From NCBI GenBank assembly GCA_965287045.1, contig OZ336891.1:30566001-30630000 (forward strand): a DNA stretch of 64,000 nt, written 5' to 3'. Below the pieces are notes generated by a model. It saw only the letters and a program-made list of their open reading frames with translations. It searched no databases and was not told where the DNA came from. This stretch comes from Carcharhinus amblyrhynchos (taxonomy: Eukaryota). Below, in pieces: positions 26,062 to 39,468 of the stretch; position 1 is the first letter of the stretch; each line of letters begins with the position of its first letter. The position numbers were made by a program, and so were the translations under genes.

Positions 26062-26445
26062 GCTGAAAATGTTATTTATGTAATGAACACCTGTATCAGG
26101 AAAACCCCAATTCATGAAAGATAGTGGAACTTATGTGCTAATTCTATCAAAGAAACAGTGGATAAAAGGCATTTGATACCCCAGAATGTCCAAGACACAG
26201 ATAGCGATCAAAAGCTATCATGAGGCGAGAGATGCAACAAGCTTAGATTAAAACCTGACAAGAAATTATTATAATGAGACATCATATAACAGGTATTTCA
26301 CCACATTACAGTCTCATTACAGAAAAATAGCTGTTCATGCTCATTTAAAATGAAATAATGTTGAACTTTAAACAGTTATCCTGAGATGAGAGACTCAATC
26401 TGCCTTGCCCCTACATAATAAGTAACAGTAATTGAAAATACTTAC

Positions 26446-26517
26446 AGCTTTGTTAAGGAACGTAATGAAACAAAGGCATCAAGATGAATGAATGTTATTT
26501 GATTCCAACTAAGGTCT
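26446..26517 (-). CDS. LGR6: LGR6 exon 14 (LRR), 72 bp
   Basis: ccag|A GAC CTT AGT TGG...AAG CT|gtaag; DLSWNQITFIHLDAFVSLRSLTKL. Confidence 0.94.
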
Positions 26518-27172
26518 CTGGAGAGAAAAAAAAGTTGATAAATACCTAATTTATGAATTTGATAATGCTTGCCGCATTAAATAAAGCATGAACGAAATAA
26601 CATTCCATGCAATAAAATAAAATGTCCACTGTCCTAAATCAAAACTTTGCATCCTAGTATCAAGAATTTGCTGAATTTTTTGTGACATTGATCAAGATCT
26701 AATGTGAAGCGGCCTTAAGCAAGATTCTACACAGTGAAGGCCACAGAATATACGGATTGGTGGGTGAGTAAAAAAAGCTTATGCTCCCTCTTGGGGGAAA
26801 TAAACAGAATTCCAGCTGTAAGCCATTAAATGTTACAGTGGAATTGCCCATTCTTGCATTGTACTGAAAACATAGCATGAAAGTATAGGCCTAACCTCTT
26901 CTAATTGGTTGCAACCTGATAATTTTTCCCTCACAGTGTGTGACGAACGGAAGCAGTTTTTACACAGCTCTCACGAGAGCTCAAATAATTTTACATTTGG
27001 ATCATAGTATAGTACACTATCATTCTGTGGTGGATCCACAGACTTATTCTCCGATATCTTTTTACACTTTTCTCTTAAGAAGCTTTCCTATTTCCATTTT
27101 AAAATCTATTATAAATTGTTGTTCCACCGTGGATTCTGGCAGAGTATTCCAAATTCCAGCAACTTTCTGCAA

Positions 27173-28160
27173 GGTGATGTGAGTACAGGAGTGAACAAGT
27201 CTTGCTGCAACTGTATAGAGCATAGTGAGACTGTATCTGGAGTATTGCGTACAGTTTTGGTCTGCTTACCTAAGGAAGGATTTTAAAAAATTCATTTGTG
27301 GCTCATGGGCATCGCTGGCTGCCCAGCATTTATTGCCCATCCCTAATTGCCTTTGATTGATATAACTGAGTGGCTTGCTAGGCCATTTCAGAGGGCAGTT
27401 GAGAGTCAACCACATTGCTGTGGCTCTAAGTCACATGTAGGTCAGACCAGGTAAAGATGGCAGATTTCCCTCCCAGAAGGACATTAGTGGACCTGATGGA
27501 TTTTTCAACAATTGTTTCATGGATTCTTAATTCCAGATATTTTTATTGAATTCAAATTCCACCATCTGCCGTGGCAGGATTTGAACCTGGGACCTCAGAA
27601 CATTATCTGAGTTTCTGGATTGATAGTCTAGCAATTGTACCATTTGGCCATCGCCTCCCCTGTACAGAGAGAGTGCAATGACAGTTCACCGGTTCACCTC
27701 TGGGATGTCTGGATTGTCATATAAGGGGAGATTGTGGAGCCTTAGCCTTTATTCTCTAGAAATTAGAAGGATGTGAGGTGAGCTTATTGAAGCACACAAA
27801 ATTCTTACAGGGCTTGAAAGGGAATGATGTTTCCTATGGCTGGGGTGGTGGTGGGGCGGGGAGGCTGGGGGCGGGGGGGGGTGCATCTACAAACCAGAGA
27901 CACAGTTGCAGATTAAGATGTAGGCCATTGGGAACTGAGACGAGAAGGGATTTCACTCAGGGAATGGTAAATCTTTGGAATTCTTGGCACTGTAAGGTTG
28001 TGGAGCCTCATTTGTTGAGTATATTTAAGACAGAGAGTTATGGATTTCAAGATATCAAGGGTTAGGTAGATGGTGCAAGAAAATGGTGTTGAGGTAGAAG
28101 ATCTGTCAAGTTAAATGTTGGACCGGGCTCAAGCATCTGTAAGGCCTTTTCCTATTCCCA
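27173..28160 (+). mobile_element. Decayed CR1 3' region interrupted by a minus-strand tRNA-SINE at 27283-27660
   Basis: [25 protein letters not shown], then SINE, then ...FTQGMVNLWNS. Confidence 0.8.
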
Positions 28161-29690
28161 TTTAGTATGTTAATATGTTCCTAAAACAAATTTTCTAACC
28201 TTTCCCTCTACCCTGTCAATGTTGCTCTCAAACTTATGCACCTTTTACTCACTGACCAGTGAATTAGTTTTGTTTTCCCAATGTAATCAACACTAACGGA
28301 TCTGATGACCGCTGCTAGATTTCTTCTTAAACTTCTCTTTCTAATGACAGGAACCCCAGTTTTTCTGATCTTGCCTCATAACCAAAGCTCCTCATCAAAA
28401 TCAAAATGATTTCATGAAATCTGGAACAAAAACAGAAACTGCAGCTCACCAATTGCTATAAATGTGGGTGAAGAACCAACCTTTGATGCCTCCAAAAATC
28501 CCTCCAAATAAAGGGGCCAACTTATACTCCAAACATAAAAGTGAATTGCTGGCCTAGGTGTTCACTATCAGTGCCATTTGCCATGTGGTGTCTGCTCTAT
28601 GTGGGCATGTCTTAAACTCCCAAGCATCTTTGCAGCACAGCTTGCATTAATTGCCTGATACCTTGTACCCAGTTACAAAGTACCAATAAATAACACATCC
28701 ATTTGCAGGATGGCTGACTACTAACGCTAAACATTTCATGGCTGGAAAAGGTAGGGGTCAAAGTTACACGCGGAGTATGTGATAAAGCACAATTCTTGGG
28801 GCCTGAAAAATGGGGCCATTCTGTATGCTGTGTTGACTTATACATCATGATTTATGGTATAAGCTCTGCCTAATTTTCCATTGACTTGGTGAGAAGAAAA
28901 ATCAGGCATATATTGTAACAGACAGATGATTCAGTAGATGTGATTTTGACTCACTCTAAACTCAACACACATATAAAGATAGAATTAGGCCCAAAATGTC
29001 TAATTTTTGAATCATTAACCATGTTAAAAGCCCAAATCACCAGGGTGTTTTAGTTTTACAAGCCCATTCCTCCACTACCCCTGCCCACTCCAGCTCCCAT
29101 TATCACACAAAGACAGTGTGAATAATATCTAAAACATATATGTTCAATTGATTAAAAGAGTGATCTATTATCACTGCGCTCAAAAAGGTATCTTTAAAGA
29201 AGTATCTTCAGCAGACCCAAACTCGTAATCCAAAGTGTATTTTAAATATTTCTGCCATCCCTTCAGCATTCACATGAATTCCATTTTTATCTTTGTTCAG
29301 CCCTACCCTCACATTAACTAATCTTTTACTTTTTTATCTGTTTATAAAATCCTTTACTATTTCCTTTTATGTTGCCTACCAGTTTTTCTAACAATGAGCC
29401 TTTGTCTCAGCAGTAGCACTCCTACTTCTGAGTCAGAAGGTGGAGGTTTCAATCGCCATTGCATACAGCTCTGGCAAATGGAGATGTGAACATGGTCTCT
29501 AGCTATTGCTTTTATATCCAGTGGGGTACTTACCTCCTCAAAGTGATCAGTAACTCATTAATAATATGCGATGTCCAAGAATATAATAATGTGTTTGGAA
29601 TACCTATCGTGGAGAAAAACAAAGCACTTTCGCTGCAGTGTGGTTGACTCTGAACTGCCCTCGGGCAACCAGGGATGGGCAATAAATGCT

Positions 29691-30350
29691 GATGTGGGTA
29701 TGCCGGTGTTGGACTGGCGTAAACACAGTAAAAAGTCTGACAACACCAGGTTTTAGTCCAACTGATTTATTTGATAGTAAACTCACAAGATTTCGGGGTT
29801 AGCTCCTTCGTCAGGTGAATGGAGAGTTCTGACCTCAGACACAGCATATAAAGCACAGACAGTTTAGAGATTACTGATTAAAATGCGAATCCTTACACCT
29901 AACCTGCTGTTCAAAACATGAAGTGGCTGACAATGTGAGTGGAAGGAGCACTGATCACAGGTTAAAGAAATGTGTATTGTCTCCAGACAATATTGTCTCC
30001 AGACAGTCTCAACAGGGATCTTGGGTTTATGTCGCACTATCTGTAACCCCCGTGACTTGCCTGGGTTTGCAAAACCTCACTTACTGTACTGTCTGGAGAC
30101 AATACACATCTCTTTAACCTGTGATCAGTGCTCCTTCCATTCACATTGTCAGCCACTTCAGGTCTTGAACAGCAGGTTAGGTGTAAGGATTCGCATTCTA
30201 ATCAGTAATCTCTAAACTGTCTGTGCTTTATATGCTCTGTCTGAGGCCAGAACTCTCCATTCACCTGACGAAGGGGCTAACCCCGAAAGCTTGTGAGTCT
30301 ATTATCAAATAAATCGGTTGGACTAAAACCTGGTGTTGTCAGACTTTTTA
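29691..30350. mobile_element. Penelope-like element insertion with inverted pseudo-LTRs
   Basis: Arms 29728-29990 and 30088-30350 are reverse complements; centre encodes the ORF end LNRDLGFMSHYL*; 11-bp TSD CAATAAATGCT at 29680-29690 and 30351-30361. Confidence 0.85.
30259..30298 (+). ncRNA. Minimal type I hammerhead ribozyme motif (PLE-associated)
   Basis: attcac-CTGACGA-A-GGGG ctaa CCCC-GAAA-GC-TT-gtgagt: core boxes, stem II, stem I (attcac/gtgagt) and palindromic AGCT stem III, as known for PLE minimal hammerheads. Confidence 0.75.
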
Positions 30351-30407
30351 CAATAAATGCTGGCCAGTCAGCAAAGCACATTTCCCATGAATGAACGAAA
30401 AAAACAG

Positions 30408-31130
30408 TTTTACCAGGATGCTGTCTGGATTAGAGGGTATGAGCTATAAGGGGAGGCTGGAAAAAATAGGGTTGTTTTCTCTGGAGTGGCAGAGGCTGAG
30501 GGGAGCCCTGATAGAAGTCTGTAAAATTATGAGAGGCACAGATAGGATTGACAATCAGAATCGTTTTCCCAGAATTGGAATATCTAATACTGGGTGGGTG
30601 GGGGCAAAAGAACATAAGGAATAGGAGCAGGAGTAGGCCATCTAGCCCCTCGAGTCTGCCCTGCCATTCAATAAGATCATGGCTGATCTGATAGTGGTTC
30701 AGTTCCACTCACCTGCCTGCTCCCCATAACCCTTAATTCCCTTATTGATCAGAAATCTATCTACTTGTGACTTAAACACATTTAACGAGGTATCCTCCAC
30801 TGCTTCAATAGACAGAGAATTCCAAAGATTCAGTACCCTCTGAAAGAAGAACTTCCTCCTCAACTCTGATGACAGAGGGAAAAGTTCAGAGGAGATGCGA
30901 AGGGCAAGTTTTTTACTCAGAGAGTGGTAGGTGTCTGGATCACACTGCCAGGGGTGGTGGTAGAGGCAGGTATGATTGGGATGTTTAAGGGGCTTTTAGA
31001 TAAATGCATGGATATACAAGGAACAGAAGGATATGGACCAAGAGGAGGCAGAAGGGATTAGTTTAATTTGGCATCACGTTCAGCACAACATCATGGACAA
31101 AAGGGCCTGTACCTGTGCTGTACTGTTCTA
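30408..31130 (+). mobile_element. CR1 3' end with a nested younger minus-strand CR1 fragment at ~30607-30868
   Basis: FTRMLSGLEGMSYKGRLEKIGLFSLE...; nested tail GAACATAAGGAATAGGAGCAGGAGTAGGCC. Confidence 0.82.
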
Positions 31131-31133
31131 TAA

Positions 31134-31348
31134 TAAGAAGTCTCACAACACCACGTTAAAGTTCAACAGATTTATTCGGAATCACAAGCTTTCAGAATGC
31201 TGCACCTTCATCAGTTGATGAAGGAGCCTGCTGGAGAAGCAGTGCTCTGAAAGCTTGTGATTCTGAATAAACCTATTGGACTTTAACCTGGTGCTGTGAC
31301 ACTTCTTGCTGTGCCCACCCCAATCCAACGCCAGCATCTCCACATCAT
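31134..31348. mobile_element. Short palindromic PLE remnant (two pLTR ends back to back)
   Basis: AAGAAGTCTCACAACACC...AAGCTTTC...CTTCATCAG | TTGATGAAGG...GAAAGCTTG...GGTGCTGTGACACTTCTT plus PLE tail CCAACGCCAGCATCTCCACATC. Confidence 0.78.
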
Positions 31349-32025
31349 GAATATAGTTCTATGTTCTCTCTTCTGAAGTATCCCTTTGAATGTCAAATCA
31401 AAGAAGTTGGATTTTGTTTTTAAATAGTTATAGATAACATAAACTCCTTGCAATGAGTAAGGAATAGTTGTGGAAGCTCAGTTTAATAAGGGGTCGTCAG
31501 TTTGTAACATAAGATGCAGATGAGCTATTGTCTGCCAAGGGTTAATATCTTGTAACTGAGGGTTACATCTGTGAGAAAAAGTCACTTTCCCACACAGCCT
31601 GTTGAATCAGGACAATGAATACAAAAGGCGCAAATGACTACGAACAAAGTTTATTTACTGCTGCAAGTTATGGTATTTCATGCTGGAGGCTGATTCCTTC
31701 TTTGTCTTTTCCAATTGTTTTTGGCCATTTATGACAGAAGCCAGGTAGAATATAGCTATGGCCTGGACAAAACTCTGAACTAAAAAGGCAAGGAGAGGAA
31801 GCAATTTCTTGTCTTTGCGACCGTTTCCCAATTATTTAAAACATCCGTTGTAAGGGTGACTGATGCTACACCTACAAAGAGCATTCACAGGCATCTAATT
31901 TTATATGACTGCCTGTGTGATTGAGTTCCAGCTTGGTGCCTGGAATCGGGTTTCTGTCTTATCAGCACAGCAGTAAAACTTCATTTGGGAAGACTGCTCA
32001 GGAAAGAATGCGAAAAGCTACTCAC

Positions 32026-32097
32026 AGAGATCGCAGAGCCATTAGCTGTTGAAACGTGTCAGCTCTGATTTCAGTGATTCTATTGTGCTGCAGGCCA
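32026..32097 (-). CDS. LGR6: LGR6 exon 13 (LRR), 72 bp
   Basis: ttcag|T GGC CTG CAG...TCT CT|gtgag; GLQHNRITEIRADTFQQLMALRSL. Confidence 0.94.
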
Positions 32098-32588
32098 CTG
32101 AAAAGACAAACAGTACAATGAGATCAAGGTTTCAAGACATCACTCTTTTTTTGCGGCGGACAGAGGGAAAAAAATCAATCATTTTGGCATGAGGAAAGAC
32201 AAAACAAAGCGGAAGTGGATTGTATCAAACGTTAAAGAAGTGGCTTAACGTTATACAGAAGATATGCTTCCATTATCAGATTTTAGACCATTTTCCCCCT
32301 TCCTGAGGGTACTGGTTCACAGCTGCATCGGTACTAGCCACTATTTGCTATCTTGCTTAAGACATGGTTCTTTACATATATGGCCTGTGTTGGTTACTTG
32401 GTTGTTCTGGGAAACATTGAAGTCCAACGTGATCTGTCCTCATCTGATACCCAACACATGCTCTTTCTAGCCAGGGTCACAGAGGCAAAACTGTCCAACT
32501 CCCTCTTCTCTAGATCAGGAGAACTGAAGCCATTTCTGTTACTCTCATTGTTGCCCAACCTGAGATTAATGGAGATTGAACCTTCTGT

Positions 32589-32902
32589 ATCACAGAATCA
32601 TGCCGTGCAGAAGGAGACCATTTGGCCCATTGAGTCTGCACCGACCACAATCCCACCCAGGCCCTACTCCCATAAACCCATGCATCTAGCCTAGCTGACA
32701 TTAAGGGGCAACTTAGTATGGCCAATCAACCTAACCCGCACATCTTTGGACCATGGATGGAAACCAGAGCACCCGGAGGAAACTCACGCAAACACGAGGA
32801 GAATGTGCAAACTCCACATAGACAATGACCCAATCTGGGCATCAAATCTGGGTCCCTGGCACTGTGAGGCAGCGGTGCTAACCATTGTGCTGCCTTGCCA
32901 CC
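32589..32902 (-). mobile_element. HE1-like V-SINE, type A
   Basis: Full length. Confidence 0.87.
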
Positions 32903-33796
32903 CCTTGGATCGACCTGGTGCCATTATGATGCTTATTTAATCTACATGAAAAGAAATAAAAGGTCTTCTGCGTGTCCCTGTGGCATATTTTGCAGTAGTG
33001 GAGGTGACCCGCCATTGCCTGGCAGTGGAACTTTTTGGTTGCGCCAATGTCAACTGGGTTCCCCATTGTTTGTACCCCCTGTCGCTGGGGAACCTGCAGC
33101 CAGAGTGCATCGTCGGTGGGACTAGATGACCCTGCTAATGGGAATAGCTGGAAAATCTGGCCCATTATATTTTCTTTGTTTACTAGTCACTTACATTTGT
33201 TTGAAGGAGCCATTAAAGAAACAGGAGCTTGATCATATTAGAATAAATGGCTGGGCTGCCTCTTCCTTGGCCCTGCTTAGGCTTTAAGCTAGTTTAGAAG
33301 GTCAACAGAGAGTTGGCTATTTCTGGACAACCATTGACCAGCATCATTCAGCCACAGGATCCGATTTGCAAAGCATTCCTGAGTGCAGGGGAAGGAAATC
33401 AACATTTTGGAAAATGAAACAGATATGCAGGTTAGATTGATTGGCCATGCTAAATTGTCCCTTAGTGTCCCAGGTTGTGCATGTTAAATATGTGGAATTT
33501 CGGGGATAGGGCCTGGGTGGAATTATTGTAGGTGCAGACTTGATGGCTGGATGGCCTTCTTCTGCACTGTGGGGTTTCTATGATGCTACAATAAATTGCA
33601 AGGGAGGCAAAGCCACAGAAAAGTTACAGCATAACAGGAGGCCATTCTGCCCAACTTGTCCATGCTAGTAGAAGTATGGAGACAGCTACTTGTGAACAGC
33701 AGGTAAACAATGCTGGATGATGAAATACAGCACTTAACAAAGCACAAATACTTCAGGCTAACAGAAAATTGCATTCACAGAAACAAAAAAACTTAC

Positions 33797-33862
33797 ATTT
33801 CTTCAAGCTTCTGGCAGTTGTGGAAACTTGGTAACACATGAATTTGATTGTATGATAATTCC
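33797..33862 (-). CDS. LGR6: LGR6 exon 12 (LRR), 66 bp
   Basis: tacag|G GAA TTA TCA...GAA AT|gtaag; ELSYNQIHVLPSFHNCQKLEEI. Confidence 0.94.
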
Positions 33863-34551
33863 CTGTAAACACAAAAACATTATTGTTTATTTAGTCATGA
33901 TTTGCAAAGGCTGCTAAATGTTGCTACCCAGGAATTGCAAAATTGTGTTGATCCTGGAATGCTTGACAGCCTAGCAGTGAAATAACTGGCACTGTAACCA
34001 GACGGACATGTGATTGGCATAGAAGAAGGGGAGTGATAATTTCCAGAACCAGAAATGAAAACTAAATATATCTGGTTAAAATTCTCAAGTAGCAGCCTAT
34101 TTATGTTTGTGTGTGAACAAGTGTGAAATTTAAATGCAATCCCTGAATGGTTAGGGCTTTCTTAGGGATCAGAGCAATATGGCCAGTCAGTTGGAAGCCT
34201 CCATTTCAGTCGACTACATTGAATTCAAAGTTATTTAATGATAGTTCAGTATTCAGCATTAAATCCCAATCAATGGAAGTCAATAGAAATGAGAATTGTG
34301 CAGTTTCTTTAATAGGTGCCTGAGCTGGAATAATGTTTTTACATCAGGGCAGCAAGTTGAAAATCCACCTCAATGAGCATTGCTTCTTTATTCTTTCATG
34401 GGATAGGGGCATCCTTGCCAGGGCTAGCATTTTTCACCCATCCCAAATTGCCCTTGAAATAAAGGACTTGTAGGCCATTTCTGAGGACAATTAAGAGTCA
34501 ACCACATTGCCTTTGGTCTGGAGTCACTTGTAGGCCAGTTCGGGTAAGGAT

Positions 34552-35100
34552 CAGAATCACAGACCTATTAGAGTGCAGGTGGAGGCCATTTGGCCCATCT
34601 TGTCTGCACTGACTCTCCGAATGAGTACTTCGACTGTCACTCTCCTGCTTTTCCCCACAAACCTTTCAAACAATTATCAAATTCCCCCCTGAATGTTTCA
34701 ATTGAACCCACCCTCAATTGAACCATACCCTCTGGTAGTGCATTCCAGGCCCCAGAAACTCACTATGTGAAGAAGTTTTATTTCATATCATTTTTGCTTC
34801 TTTTATCAATTACCTTAAATCTGTGCCCTGTGGTTCTCAATCTACCCACCAATGGGAGCAACTTCTCCTTATCAACCTTGGCCAGGGTCCTCATAAATAC
34901 TTCAATCAAATCTCCTCTTAACCTTCATTTCTTCAAGGAACAGAGTCTCAACTTCTCCAATAAATCTTTATAACTGAAATTTCTCAGCCTTGGAAACTCC
35001 TGCATTCTCTCTAATGTCTTCACATCATTCCTAAAATGTGGTGTCCAGAACTATGCGCATTAGTCCAGCTCAGAACTAACTAGTATCTTATACAAGCTCA
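34552..35100 (-). mobile_element. Decayed CR1 3' region
   Basis: Reverse-complement CR1 tail and terminal RT motifs. Confidence 0.65.
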
Positions 35101-36114
35101 ATGTATACTATATATATATACATATATAGCAAATTTCCTTGTCTAAGTGGCATGCATTCATGAACCAAACGGGTTTTTACACCAATCAATCAAAGTTGCC
35201 ATCATCACCATTGTTGAGACTAGCTTAATATACCAGATTTATAAATCGAATTTAAATTCTACCAGCTGTCATGATGGAATTTGAAGACATGTACCCAGAG
35301 CATTTGCCTCCAGGTTACTCATCCAGTGACATTACCACCAGGCTATATGTCAATGTTTGGGAAAGGGGGGCAAGTGTAGAGTGGGGGGAACCTCAAAATT
35401 CAGTGACTGAACCACAACCATTTCTCATTTACACAAACAACCTCAATGAGGAAACACAATGCAAAGCGACACCAAACTAGGAGGGGCAGTGAAATCAGAA
35501 GAGGTAGTTCAGAATTTCCAGAATGCTTTCAACAAGGCATGTCGGCAGGCAAAGCCTTGAGAGATGAAAATTATTGCAAGTGAGTGTAAAGTTCTACACA
35601 TAGGTTGGAAAAATATGTGACACGTATACGGCAAGAATGTTTGAAATAGTTCAGGACAAAGTGGAAAGAAAGCTAGAAAACTGAGCAAAAGTTACAGAAG
35701 GAAGAACCCTGGGGGGGCTAGTCATGAAACAATTAGATCCCACAATGGGGATGGATGGGGCCAGATACTGGTGGCATTCAAAGTCTACCTGAATGGATAA
35801 GGTAGCTGGACCAAATAATTCTTGTATCTGGAATTATCTCGTGATCTTGCAACATTATTTATAGGTTTGGTGTTGTTTTAATTCAGGAACTGGTCGTATT
35901 GTCACTATTAGTTTCCTGGCCCATAAAGAGGAAGTAATAACTACAATATGGAATCAATCTGCTAAAACAAACCTCATTGAACTGAAAAAGCTTATTAAAT
36001 TAATTCAGGTTATTTCATAGACTGTAGGAATATACATTCAATTTCTGCACAAGCCAATTACATCAGCTAGGCATCAATGGCCCAGATTTTCCAGCTTCTG
36101 GATCATTGGAGACC

Positions 36115-36521
36115 GATGTGGAGATGCTGGCGTTGAACTGGGGTAAGCACAGTTAGAAGTGCCACAACACTAGATTAAAGTCCAACAGGTTTACTTGGCA
36201 GCACAAGCTTTCAGAGTCTCACTCCTTCATCAGGTGAGTGAGAAACTGTGATCACATATAGGGCATATATAGACACAAACTCAATTTACAAGATAATGGT
36301 TGGGATTTGAGTCTTTACAGGTAATCAAGTCTTAAAGGTACAAACAATGTGAGTGGAGAGAGGGCCAAACACAGGTTAAAGAAGTGTGTATTGTCTCCAG
36401 CCAGGACAGTTAGTGAGATTTCGCAAGCACAGACAAGTCGTGAGCACACATGAGGATGGCCTCAACCAGGATCTTGGGTTCATGTCACACTATCTGTAAG
36501 CCTCACTACCTGCCTGGACTT
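36115..36521 (-). mobile_element. Penelope-like element fragment with internal inversion
   Basis: PLE tail, minus-strand hammerhead motif at 36201-36238, inverted ORF end THEDGLNQDLGFMSHYL* at ~36446-36499. Confidence 0.78.
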
Positions 36522-39195
36522 ACCCACCAAGATACAAGATCTGTCCATTTGGAGATTGCAACTCACCGACTCCAAGAAAATTGCCAGTGAAGTTTGAACT
36601 TCCGATGGGCAATTCCCCTGCTCTCTTCAACAAAGTCTCCAAATCTTGACTTAGAGTTGGAGAATTTGAACGATTCTAACTCATTTAACTGAACATTTTT
36701 CCACGAAATGATAGATCGAAAAATCCTAGTCGAACTCCTGTCTAACTATATCACTGACACCCCAGTCATTCACTCTGACCAGCACTCCCCCATCCCCCAA
36801 TGTCTCCTGCCTATTGCTGCCGATACCCCAGAACTGAACTCACCAGCCAACTCCCTCGCTGAACCTAATGTCACCACTGACATCCCAACTCTCCCTGACC
36901 CAACCTGACCTCACACCACCCCAGCTCTCCCCCCCACCGAACTGACCTGATCTCATCACCCTATCCACTAGCCAGCCTCCCCACTTAACTCATGTACCCT
37001 ACACACCCTTACCTCACCCACCCTACCTCCTTTTTCACACCCATTCTGCCCATTACCCACATAATTCATCCATTCACTCACCCAATCACTCAGACACTCT
37101 TATGCTGAACGATTGAAAAGCTGTTTAAATGTCCCAGATAACGGCAGCTAATGCCACAGAAAAGGGCAGTGACTTGTCTTTGCCCAATGATCCAGGGTTA
37201 CAAGAACACAATTGGATCAAAGGCACACTCTGCATTCCGGAGGAAGGTAGGATCAGAAATCCTGGTTAAAAATGCAAAGCTCCAGTGTCACACAGAAAAT
37301 TAGCCGCAATCCAAAAGTGATTGCTGCTCCTCAGAAGAATTGGGTCAATATCCTAAGCAAGTTCTAGTCAGTTAAAGAGAGAATAAAGATATCATTTATC
37401 TTTGATGAAGGAATGAAATGAGGTGTTTAACTGGAGGCTCTTCAGATACTGTCAGTTTACCACTATTGTCAAACACATGTTGACCGCAATTTTAATGGCT
37501 CATCAATCGTAAAATCACGAGAGAGCTGAGAATTCAGGATCACGGCCGATTTCTTGGCTCTCGCGATCTTACCAGCACCGCATTTCTGGCACAATCAGTT
37601 TCTTGCCCATTTCTGGCGAGAGGCTGAACATATTACGTAAATTTATTTTAGCCCTCATTAACATGTGTTTAGCGAGCCCCGGACTCAATCGTCAAGGCTC
37701 ACTTACCTCTGTGACCTCTGGAGGGTCTCTCCGGAAAGGAAAACATCTGCTCCCCATGAATGGGCAACAGCCATGTTGGCCTCGCCGGATGAACAGGAGG
37801 CTACTGAGGCATCCCCAGGGAGGTTGAGGACAAAGTTGGGGAGTGCCACTGGGGCTGTGCCAGCCTGACAGTGCCAGCTTGGCACTGCCAAGCTGGTGCC
37901 TTGGCAATGCCCACTGGACACCTTGGTGCTGTCCAGTGGACAAGGGCTCAGGTTGGCGTGGGAGGAGGGGAGTGGGAGGAGGGGCCTACTATACACTCTG
38001 CAGGAGATCACTGGGTGAAGTAGGGGGGCCCACTGCCACTCTGCATGCATTCAGTGGAGGAGGGGAGCCCATTGCCACTCTGCAGCTGATTGATGGGGAG
38101 GGTGGGCGTGGCCCGCTGCCAATCTGCAGGTGATTAGTTGAGGGGGGGTGGCATGATTGGTCTGGGTGGCGGGGGGATGACAAGTCGGGGGGTGATATGT
38201 CCAGGCAGTGTGGGGCTCACAAGATCTGCACATGCATTACAGCTCCCTCTGCTGCTTGAACAAGCTAGCTGGTGAATTAAGCCTAGCCCACTGCCTCTAA
38301 TGGCTAGAAACAGTCTAGCCCATTTCATGCACGTTGTGCATGAGATTGGGAGCAAAGAGTTGCCCAAAAAACATACCTGAAACTCTCCCATTTTTATGCT
38401 AGATGGACACTTAATTTTCTTCTGTAAAATTCTGCCCATTATATCTCTTATTATCGTTAATAGGTTATATCCCATTTACCATACCTAACTCCGAAATATT
38501 ATTGTATTTCATGAAAGCATGGATAGATTCTTTCACAATATTGCACGCGATACAAAACAATGCTCGATTTGATGTACGTCACTTTAACCTTTACATAACA
38601 TAAATCCACCACTTTCAGCAACATAATCTGAATTAAATGCCAGCTGACAGACCAGTAAAATGAATGGGTATTTAGTGAAAATATTTGAGATTTTAGGGAA
38701 AAAGATTTAGTTATTTTGCCACTTATCATAATGCAGATCAGTATATAGGATATTAGTAAATGCTATGAAACTGGGCATCTTTTGTTTAATTATTAATCTA
38801 GGGGATGCATTGTGTGTATTTTTGTTTGTTCATAGTCAGATGGTTGGATTAAAAATGTAGTTCATTCATACTGCCCATTTTCTTTCAGCATTAACAGCTT
38901 AATATGCACTCTGAATTTCAACTTGCCCAATGAAGCCCATCCATCTCTTGCCCTCTTGACGCCATTCCCACTAAACTTCCCCTTGAGACTCGCAAGCTAG
39001 CTGATATGTCGCCAATGGTGATATCTCCTCAGATACTATCCTCTGCCTTTCAAAACTGCTGAAAATTTCCTGTTTTTCCCAAAGTTCCAACCTTAAACTT
39101 TCGGACCTTGTCGACTACGGCCCATCTGCAGTGTCACTATTCTGTCCAAAGCCTCCCTGATTGGCGCTGCTACATCTCAAATTTGTGTCCATATT

Positions 39196-39468
39196 GCCTC
39201 ATAGCACCAGGGACCTGATTTCTGGCTTGGGTCACTGTCTGTGTGGAATCTGCATGTTCTCCCCATGTTTGCATGGGCTTCCTCCAGGTGCTGTGGTTTC
39301 CTCCCACAGTCCGAAAGGCGAGCTGGTATGTGCATTGTCCATGCTAAATTCTCCCTCAGTGTACCTGACCTGGCACCGGAGTGTGGCGACTAGGCAATTT
39401 TTACAGTAATTTCATTTCATTGTTAATGTAAGCCTGCTTGTGACACTAATAAACAAACTTTAAACTTT
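39196..39468 (+). mobile_element. HE1-like V-SINE, type B
   Basis: Partial head, V-domain, type B tail. Confidence 0.82.

Noticed and set aside
27840-27882. G-quadruplex-like G runs (also 6422-6451 and 5333-5395)
   Set aside because: Low-complexity runs, mostly inside decayed repeats; nothing points to function.
37603-38475. Cluster of overlapping GC-rich ORFs
   Set aside because: Interior of a probable Harbinger-type non-autonomous element; no recognisable domain.
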